Origin: Rhodopila sp.
GTDB lineage: Bacteria > Pseudomonadota > Alphaproteobacteria > Acetobacterales > Acetobacteraceae
Direction: 5' to 3'
Length of the DNA: 50,961 bases
NCBI GenBank assembly: GCA_036500715.1
Contig: DASYBP010000014.1
Location: 1-50,961 of the forward strand
Shown here: positions 44,051 through 50,961 of the stretch, in pieces
How the letters are laid out: each line of letters starts with the position of its first letter
Position numbering within the stretch: the first letter of the stretch is position 1
Notes under the pieces: generated by a model
What the model saw: only the letters and a program-made list of their open reading frames with translations
Told to the model about the DNA's origin: nothing
Databases searched by the model: none
Position numbers and translations under genes: made by a program

Positions 44051-44737
44051 TCAGTCGAGCGGCGCCAACGCTTCCGGTTTCATGACCACCATCCGGCCGT
44101 TGTCCTTGCCGAGAATCCCTTCCTGCTCCCACTGGCGCAGCTGTTTGTTCACCTTTTCGCGCGACGCGCCAGCCAGACTGCTAAGATCCTTTTGCGACAG
44201 TTTGACCTCGATTCGCGTCCCACGCGCCGAAGCGACACCATAATCGCCACACAGCCGGAGCAGCAGCCGCCCCAGCCGGGTTGAAAGATCCAGCAGCGCC
44301 ATGTCCTCCAGCGCTGCGTTGGATCGGCGAAGGCGCTGACAGAGAACCGACATCAGATGCAGACATAGGTCACTGTTCGACCGCAGCAGGCGCAGGAATT
44401 GCGTCCGCTCCAGCGTCAGCAGCACGCAATCCTCCTGAGCCGTCGCATCCGCGCTGACTTCGCCGCCGTCGAGCAGGGTCATCTCACCCAGAACCTCGCC
44501 CGGTCCCAGGACGGTGAGCGTCACCTCGCGCCCATCTTCCGAGACAAGGCTGATGCGAACCCGCCCGCTCACGATGATGACCATCCCGCTGCCGGGGTCA
44601 CCCCGGCGGCGGATCACCTCGCCGCGCAGCACCCGCCGAACCATCGCGCGCGCGAGAATCGCGTCGAGGTCGGCGGGTTGCAGAGCTTGAAAGAGCTGCG
44701 TCTTGGCCAGCGCCTGACGCCGATCGGCCGCATCCAT
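44051..44737 (-). CDS. Crp/Fnr family transcriptional regulator
   Basis: cNMP-binding fold (SGRVRI, GEVLGEM..LDG...SADA) and HTH LSQKDLSSLAGASREKVNKQL. Confidence 0.92.
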   Translation of the reverse strand: MDAADRRQALAKTQLFQALQPADLDAILARAMVRRVLRGEVIRRRGDPGSGMVIIVSGRVRISLVSEDGREVTLTVLGPGEVLGEMTLLDGGEVSADATAQEDCVLLTLERTQFLRLLRSNSDLCLHLMSVLCQRLRRSNAALEDMALLDLSTRLGRLLLRLCGDYGVASARGTRIEVKLSQKDLSSLAGASREKVNKQLRQWEQEGILGKDNGRMVVMKPEALAPLD

Positions 44738-44859
44738 CTATTTTCCTCTTCGTCCAGGCCTGACACGTCTCATCGGCTGCACCGGAGTCGCTACTGCCAG
44801 CGCCGAAATCGTCACGAATGTGGCCCCGGGCAGCGGGTCCGATCCGGGTTTCACCGTAG

Positions 44860-46671
44860 TCAATGCGCGGTGCCGATCCGGCGCACCTGAAACGAGCTTT
44901 TGGGAGCGGCCACGGTCACCGGCGACGTTTTATGCAGCTGCGCGACCTTGTCGATCGTGTAAACGACGAGAGGCGCCTCGCGGCCTCTGACGGTCACATC
45001 GTGCTGGGCGAACTGCGCCGGATCATAGCCGCTAAGGCCGAGCACCGCCTGCGACACGACCGCCTCGCACTGGAAATCCTTGCAGGCAGCCTCGAGCCGG
45101 GTCGCAACATTTGCCGCGTCCCCCAGAGTGGTGAACACCCTGCTCGCCGCGTAGCCGACCTCGCCCACCACGGCGGTGCTGCCGTGAACGCCGATGCCAA
45201 ACGCGATTGGCTCCGCCATTTCGGCATCCAGCACGCAATTGAGTGCCGCGACGTTGCGCCCGATCAGCCCCAGAGCATCGACCGATTGGCGGCAGGCCTG
45301 CCCCGGTTCGCAGGCCAGACCGAACGTCGCCATCAGCCCGTCGCCGGTGAAGTGGTTCGCCACGCCTCCGGCTTCGGTGACCCCGGCACCGACCGCGTTG
45401 ATAAAGCGGTCGATGATAAAGACGGCATCGAAGGGAAGCCGCGTGTCTGCCAGCCGGGTGGAATTTCGCATATCGACGATCAGCACAACGATGAAGCGTT
45501 CTTCGCCGGGTCGGGGCAATGTTCGGGTCCGGACGGTTGTTGCGTTCCAGAAGGGCGGCAGCAGCGGTACCACCGAGATATCGCCTCCTGGGCGCAACTG
45601 ACAGGCAAGGCGCACCAGCGGCCCAGCTCCGACCCTGTCCAGTACCGCCCGCTCCACCGGGCCGGCCGCCGGAATCCGTCCGCTGCCGGCAATCACGCGG
45701 ATCCGGCAGGTCGAGCATCGCGCGCGTCCGCCGCAGACGCTGGCATGCGGAATCCGCGCCGCTCTGCTGGCTTCCAGTATGCTAAAGCCTTTGGGAATCC
45801 TGGCGACCCGACCATCGGGATAGCTCACCCGGACGATCCCGCCGCGCCGTTCGCGCAAAGCCCGGACGCCGCGCGCGAGCACCACCAGTACCAGCAGGCA
45901 CGAGGCTGCCAACAGGCTGAGGTTGCGCTCGAGCAGCAACTGGACGTTTCCCGCCGGGTGTCCAACCTGCCACGGATTCAGGTTCGCTGCCCGCCACGCC
46001 GGATCAGACGCCAGCGTCAGTACGGTCTTGCCACCTTGGTAGAAGCCCAGCAGGGCCAGCACGGGCAGCATCACCGCCACGCACAGCAGGGCTGGCTTGG
46101 CGTACTCAAAAAAAGGTTTCAGCCGCAACCACAGATAGACGCCGATACAGCCATGAATCCAGGCGACGATCAGCACCGAAACCTGCAGCACGCCATACCC
46201 GGCCCAGGCGACCCAGAACGAGTACAATTCCTGGGCGTAGCCCTTCTCCAGACCGTACTGGACCAGGGCGATGCGCGTCGCGTAGAGATGGTTCATCAAC
46301 AGGAACGGAATCGACAGCCCAAGAACCAACTGGGTCACCTCGGTCCGCGTCCAGCCGAAATGTCGCCGTTCATAAAAAGCCCAAAGCCCGAGGCAATAAT
46401 GCGTCGACAGCGCAACGTAAAGCGCAGCCGTGCCCAGCACGCCCTGCCAGATAAATTTTTGGATCAGCAGCCCAGCCTCCATGACCGGGATGGAGGCGTT
46501 TCCCAGGCTATGGTTCAGCAGGTGGGTTCCGACGTAGGTAAAGATCGTCAGGCCCGTCACCAGCCGCACTGTTCTGATGTTGAATGGAATGCGCTGGATG
46601 ACCGACCCGCCTTGCAGCGGATGCACCCCTTGGCCCAGCGGCTTGCTCGCGTTGGCTTCCCGCCCGTACAT
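44860..46671 (-). CDS. Class III nucleotide cyclase with His-rich membrane anchor and 2Fe-2S domain (CyaC-like)
   Basis: TM His motifs THLLNH, H.CLGL, NHL and WIHGC; HASVCGGRARCSTCR...RLACQ; VDMRNST, GDG, GIGVH, GDAANVATRLE. The true start may be a little downstream. Confidence 0.9.
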   Translation of the reverse strand: MYGREANASKPLGQGVHPLQGGSVIQRIPFNIRTVRLVTGLTIFTYVGTHLLNHSLGNASIPVMEAGLLIQKFIWQGVLGTAALYVALSTHYCLGLWAFYERRHFGWTRTEVTQLVLGLSIPFLLMNHLYATRIALVQYGLEKGYAQELYSFWVAWAGYGVLQVSVLIVAWIHGCIGVYLWLRLKPFFEYAKPALLCVAVMLPVLALLGFYQGGKTVLTLASDPAWRAANLNPWQVGHPAGNVQLLLERNLSLLAASCLLVLVVLARGVRALRERRGGIVRVSYPDGRVARIPKGFSILEASRAARIPHASVCGGRARCSTCRIRVIAGSGRIPAAGPVERAVLDRVGAGPLVRLACQLRPGGDISVVPLLPPFWNATTVRTRTLPRPGEERFIVVLIVDMRNSTRLADTRLPFDAVFIIDRFINAVGAGVTEAGGVANHFTGDGLMATFGLACEPGQACRQSVDALGLIGRNVAALNCVLDAEMAEPIAFGIGVHGSTAVVGEVGYAASRVFTTLGDAANVATRLEAACKDFQCEAVVSQAVLGLSGYDPAQFAQHDVTVRGREAPLVVYTIDKVAQLHKTSPVTVAAPKSSFQVRRIGTAH

Positions 46672-46735
46672 TCAGGCAACTCTCTCGGTGGCTCTGAAGT
46701 CTTATCATGAACCTAAAGCAGATGAGCGCATAGTC

Positions 46736-46885
46736 ATGGGACTTATGGCGAAATTCAACCTGGCGGTGCTGGTGGCGTTCCTGATTGCCGTCGCCGGTTC
46801 GGGCCACCTTCTGCAGCGACTTCGCCATCCTGCTCGGCGTCTCCGTCGTGATCGTCATCATCTTGAACGTTCTGTCGGATTACAC
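46736..46885 (+). pseudogene. Collapsed remnant of a DUF3365-like membrane sensor protein
   Basis: MGLMAKFNLAVLVAFLIAVAGSG resembles the N-terminus of that family and is joined directly to a second TM-like stretch FAILLGVSVVIVIILNVL in another frame. Family call is from recall only. Confidence 0.35.
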
Positions 46886-46929
46886 CGGCGGGGGAACCAG
46901 CCTGTATCGGACCATGCGGGACTCGACGA

Positions 46930-47991
46930 GCCATGTAGTATCCTTTTGCTACAGGTGCTCGAGGGTCTGGGTTACGCGCACGCCCAGGGGATCATCCATC
47001 GTGACGTCAAGCCGACGAACATCCTGGTAACCTCGTCTAGGCAGGCGGAGATCGCCGATTTCGGCATCGCCCGGCTCGCAGACGCCAACGCCACATTGGG
47101 TGGCGTTATGCTCGGCACGCCAAGCTACATTGCGCCCGAATAACTGACTGATGACAGGGTCGACCGCCGTGCCGACCTGTTCGCGGTTGGCGCGATCCTA
47201 TGCGAGATGCTGGCGAGTCGCCCGCCCTTCGCCGGGCGGATGGTCAGCGAGACGGCGATGCGGCTATCCGCGCCCAACGCCGCCGGTATGACGCTCGTCA
47301 CGGCTGCCGGCAGTCAGCGGTTCATTCCGGTGCTGTAGCGGGCGCTGGGGAAAGATCGGGCGACTGCCTTCCAGACCGCGGACGCGTTCGCCGCGGCGAT
47401 GCAAGCCGCCTCGGGGACGGAGATCGCGGCAGAGAACGATCCCGGAGCTGCGGTCGTGATGCTCGCGCAACCGACTCGGCCGACGGCGGTCGATCCTATC
47501 TTGCTGCAACGTGTTGAAAGCAGCCTGGCGCGCTTCGTGGGGCCAATGGCGCGACGCGTGGTGGCGCGGGCCGCCGAACAGGCCGCAACCCCAGACGAGC
47601 TTTATGCCTCGCTCGCGCGCAAGCTGCCGTGGACCGCAGCCTGTTCCTGCGCGCGCTGGACGGCGGCCGCGTCGATCCGAGCCTAGGCGGCCGTGGACGG
47701 CCGGGACAGGCGGCGGCCCAGCGGACCCTGGCGCCCGACACCGGAACGATCCCGCCCCAAACCGTCGCGCCGAGAACCTTTGGCGTCGGATCTATCGGTC
47801 CAGAGCCGCTCGCCACGGCCCAGGCGGGTCGTGCACGTCGGGCCGATGGCTCGTGTACTGGTACGGGATGCCGCCAAGGCAACGTCCCCGCGGGACTTCT
47901 TCGACCGACTGTGTGCTCACATCGCCAGAGCAGACGAGCGTGCTACACTGCAGGCCGGCTACGAGCGGAGGTTGAACCCAAGTTGCTCTGA
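46930..47991 (+). pseudogene. Hanks-type Ser/Thr protein kinase pseudogene
   Basis: YAHAQGIIHRDVKPTNIL, IADFGIAR, GTPSYIAPE, then in-frame TAA 47141, DRRADLFAVG, in-frame TAG 47336. The N-lobe is missing; two C-terminal VGPMAR repeats follow. Confidence 0.88.
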
Positions 47992-48025
47992 TCCCGACGC
48001 GATGCCGGTGTGGGACCCCCGAATG

Positions 48026-48763
48026 TTATCGGGCCGGGATTCCCGGCGGGGCCACCGACAGTCCGGTTACTCCGTGCCGCTCGATGAACTCCGCCACCGT
48101 CCCCGACGTCTTCGCATCCTCGACAAACGCCCACAGCCACTCGGATGCCGCCAAATTCGCTTTCGCTGTCCCGACGGCCTGCTGGACGGCGGTGAACTGA
48201 CCGGGCAGTATCACAGCGCCTGGCATCTTCCCGACATCCGTGAGCAGCCTCGGCCGCAGCCCGGCCAGAGCGTCCAATCCCTCCGCCACGAACTGCTGAT
48301 AAGCGGAATCCAAGCTGTCCGACCGCACCAGGGTGGCGTGGGCAATATTTCGCTCTAGCCACAGATCATACGCACTCCTCGCCGTCACCGCGATCCGCAC
48401 CCCAGGCCTGTCGACATCGGCAATCGTCTTCAGCGGCGACCTGGGCGGCACCATATAGGTCGCCTCGATCTCCGCATAAGCCGCTGTAAAAGCGATCTTT
48501 TCCGCGCGAGCCGGTTCGGCCCCTATCAGACCGATGTCCCAGACATCCTGTCCGGCCCGGTCTGCCAGTTCGCCCGGCTTGGTGAACGGCACAAACGACA
48601 CCGGCACCCCAAGCTGATCAGCAATCGCCCGCGCCATACTGGGCGACACTCCCTCCGGATCGCCTGACTCACTTCGCCCGGTGACCAACAAAAAATTCGA
48701 CATGTTGATGCCCGCACGCAACATACCGTGCGGCGCGAGCTGAGCCTTGACGTCAGGACTCAT
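48026..48763 (-). CDS. Solute-binding protein family 3 (polar amino-acid ABC type)
   Basis: LAPHGMLRAGIN, WDIGLI, VDRPGVRIAV...SAYDLWL, AGLRPRL, FVEDAKTSG. Confidence 0.82.
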   Translation of the reverse strand: MSPDVKAQLAPHGMLRAGINMSNFLLVTGRSESGDPEGVSPSMARAIADQLGVPVSFVPFTKPGELADRAGQDVWDIGLIGAEPARAEKIAFTAAYAEIEATYMVPPRSPLKTIADVDRPGVRIAVTARSAYDLWLERNIAHATLVRSDSLDSAYQQFVAEGLDALAGLRPRLLTDVGKMPGAVILPGQFTAVQQAVGTAKANLAASEWLWAFVEDAKTSGTVAEFIERHGVTGLSVAPPGIPAR

Positions 48764-48796
48764 CGGACGGTTCCATCCCTGGTTTCGTCGCGGATG

Positions 48797-48910
48797 CTAG
48801 CATCGCACATCAGGGAAGCGCGATACGTCGCACTTTGTGCGAAGTGGTGCCGATCCACGCGGAAATCGTGATCGCGTCGCGACTCACCCTTCATCGCGAT
48901 TGGACACTAG
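48797..48910. repeat. CTAG-bounded intergenic repeat, copy 2 (MITE-like)
   Basis: Same orientation and core as 34510-34628; CTAG at 48797-48800 and 48907-48910. Confidence 0.85.
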
Positions 48911-48950
48911 GCTGAGCCTCGGTTGATCGGCAACCGTCTCGGCCGCCGCC

Positions 48951-49619
48951 TCAGAAACGAACAGCATCCACCGTAGCAATATCCAGCATACGCTCGATAA
49001 CCTCGGGCTCTTGGGCGCCGGCAATGGCGTGGGCGCCGTCAACGACGAAGCATGGCACCCCGTTGATGCCCAACCGGTGCGCGCGCAAGTTATCGGCGTG
49101 AACACCTTCCGCCTCGGTGTCTGACGCCAGGAAGCGGCGAACCCCGACCCGATCCAGTCCGCAGGCGGTTGCCACCGCGATCAGCACACCATGATCGCCC
49201 AGATCGTGCCCATCCGTGAAATGCGCGGCGAACAGCGCCTCCACGACACTGTCAGCGCGTCCGTACCCCGAGGCATAGCGGACCAGTCGGTGCGCGTCGA
49301 TCGACGACGGCGTCCGCCGGATCCGCTCGAAACGAAACTCCAGGCCCTCATGCCGCCCCACGTCGCTGATCGTCGCATAAAGCCGGCGAGCGCGGTCTTC
49401 GCCGCCAAATTTGCGTACCACGTAGTCTGGGCGAGGCATCCCCATCCGCGGCATGTCCGGGTTGAGCAGGAACGGGCGCCAGATCAGCTCGAATGCGATG
49501 TCCGGCCGTCGACGCAACGTCCGGACCAGGCGGCGGACGCCCAGGTAGCACCACGGGCAGACAAAGTCGTGAACGACCTCGATCTTAAGCCGTGCTCGGG
49601 GGGGCGAAAGGATATTCAC
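48951..49619 (-). CDS. DsbA/FrnE family oxidoreductase
   Basis: DFVCPWCYLG, WRPFLLNPDMP, AHRL, GINGVPCF, GAQEPE. Confidence 0.92.
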   Translation of the reverse strand: MNILSPPRARLKIEVVHDFVCPWCYLGVRRLVRTLRRRPDIAFELIWRPFLLNPDMPRMGMPRPDYVVRKFGGEDRARRLYATISDVGRHEGLEFRFERIRRTPSSIDAHRLVRYASGYGRADSVVEALFAAHFTDGHDLGDHGVLIAVATACGLDRVGVRRFLASDTEAEGVHADNLRAHRLGINGVPCFVVDGAHAIAGAQEPEVIERMLDIATVDAVRF

Positions 49620-49727
49620 GCATGAAGTCTGCCGCTTTTGTCACCCGTTGTCACGCGGCTATCATCGAAGTGTGGTTAAGTGGCAATCGCGGCCTACTGG
49701 CCGCCCTGCGCCCTACCCGCGGGGTCG

Positions 49728-50709
49728 TCACTCTGACACCAGATCGGGCCAGAATCGTGCCAGCGGCGACGCGGTAACCACCGATCGGACGACCCGCTGA
49801 TCGCCCACGGACATTGTCTTCCGCCAGGACTCTGCAGCAGCAACCGCATCGCGGAAGATCGCATAATAACCGGCCCTCCCTCGGTGGAGCGTGCTACGCG
49901 CCACGAAATCTTCGGTCTGCGCGTTCCAGTCGAGACCAGCGAACGTCAGTATCCGGCGAGACAGACCTGCGGGCGGGCACATAGAGCCTCGTAGAGGACG
50001 ACATGCAAATTCGGTTGTGCCGCCAATGCCTGGTACGCCGGCTCGTTGAACGTCCGCCAGCTCCATGCAGATTTCGCCGCATCGGGCAGCGCCTGGAACG
50101 CGGGCTCGTCGACTCCATGGGTTGCGGTAAAAGCCAGCGTGGCGGTCTGGTCGATCGGCATGTTGGTGTTTTTGGTCTTCAGGTCGAACTGCCGTTGCCG
50201 ATTGCCGCGCATCATCGAGGCGACCTGGCCGCACGGATGTCGCAGGATGAAGATTGTCCGGCTGGCCGGTAGAGTGCGGGGGAGGATCGCGGCGCCCACG
50301 CCCCAGCCGGTCGGGGTGCCGGCCGGCGCATCAGATCCGGTATTTGCAGCCGCCCGCACCGATCCAATGGCGCCGGCAAACGCGACGCCGCGCTTGCGGC
50401 ACCCGCGAATACCGTCCGCAGTGTTCGCGCCCAGCCGGGTTGCCAGGACTTGGGAAAGAACGGCTGCTTGGTGACCGACCGAGCGTGGCGATCGGCAGCC
50501 CATCTGGACAGCAGCGCTGGCAGAGCGGCCCCGGTCAGCGACGGCGGGCCCGGCAGCGTCTCGTCCGGCTCGTGCCGATACAGCACGTCCGGGTGACTAT
50601 CGATGATCTTGGCCAGCCACGTCGTCCCTGAGCGCGGCGTGCCGACGACCAGGATGACCGAGGCCAAGGCGTCCGGGGTCACCGCGCTCGCTGAAACAAC
50701 GCAGCGCAC
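49728..50709 (-). pseudogene. Sulfotransferase family protein, two frameshifts
   Basis: 5'-PSB loop VGTPRSGTTWL..HEPD (50212..50709 frame), FILRHPCGQVAS and VLYEALC (49946..50503 frame), FAGLDW...W C-terminus (49728..50234 frame). Shifts at ~50310 and ~49955. Confidence 0.82.
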
Positions 50710-50961
50710 CGATGTCCCAACCTGATCAGGGGGTCTTCATCGTCTCCAACGCCATCCCGTCGCCGCCAGCCTACGGGATCCGGCAGGCCTGTCGAAGCAG
50801 CGTCGCACACGCCTCCTTCCCGTGTTTTTCCCAGAAGTTATCTCCTCCTCTTGCCATGCCATCATTGCGCGATCCCCGTCCCTCAGCGCTACTCCCGCGC
50901 TCACGAGCATCTCGGCAGGTCGACGCCTGGTTCCGCCAGGGGCAGCAACTGCATCGGGTGG

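Noticed and set aside
44863-46710. 615-aa ORF antisense to the cyclase
   Set aside because: No recognizable motifs; it mirrors a well-supported gene, as is common for shadow ORFs in high-GC DNA.
50710-50961. Gene at the right edge of the window
   Set aside because: No supported ORF or RNA motif in the available 250 nt.

Overview
GC-rich alphaproteobacterial chromosomal segment (Acetobacteraceae/Rhodospirillales-like is my impression, not a computed assignment). From left to right: the right end of an IS1202/ISNCY-type insertion sequence; an intact vanadium-dependent haloperoxidase-family gene with a non-canonical vanadate-site motif; a decayed block (nucleoside ABC ATPase, biuret hydrolase, Tsx-like porin, puuD remnants); a largely intact purine/ureide nitrogen-scavenging cluster (guanine deaminase, atzF-atzG-atzE-atzH, 8-oxoguanine deaminase-like, dihydropyrimidinase, DUF3830), with a candidate structured leader RNA in front of atzF; an ~18 kb minus-strand Wzy-type, holdfast-like polysaccharide locus with unusual tailoring genes (sterol-desaturase family, GMC oxidoreductase, GNAT, ATP-grasp, GINT1-like propeller, ExeA-like ATPase); a CYP153-type reductase-ferredoxin-P450 cluster followed by a broken epoxide hydrolase; core genes ffs-dnaX-ybaB-recR and uvrB; an orphan sensor kinase; a Crp regulator with a CyaC-type heme/2Fe-2S cyclase; a Ser/Thr kinase pseudogene; a solute-binding protein, a DsbA/FrnE protein and a frameshifted sulfotransferase. 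A ~115-bp CTAG-bounded intergenic element occurs twice, with a related third end. All family calls come from motif recognition by eye; no database searches were run. Several frameshifts are single-base homopolymer indels and may be sequencing errors.
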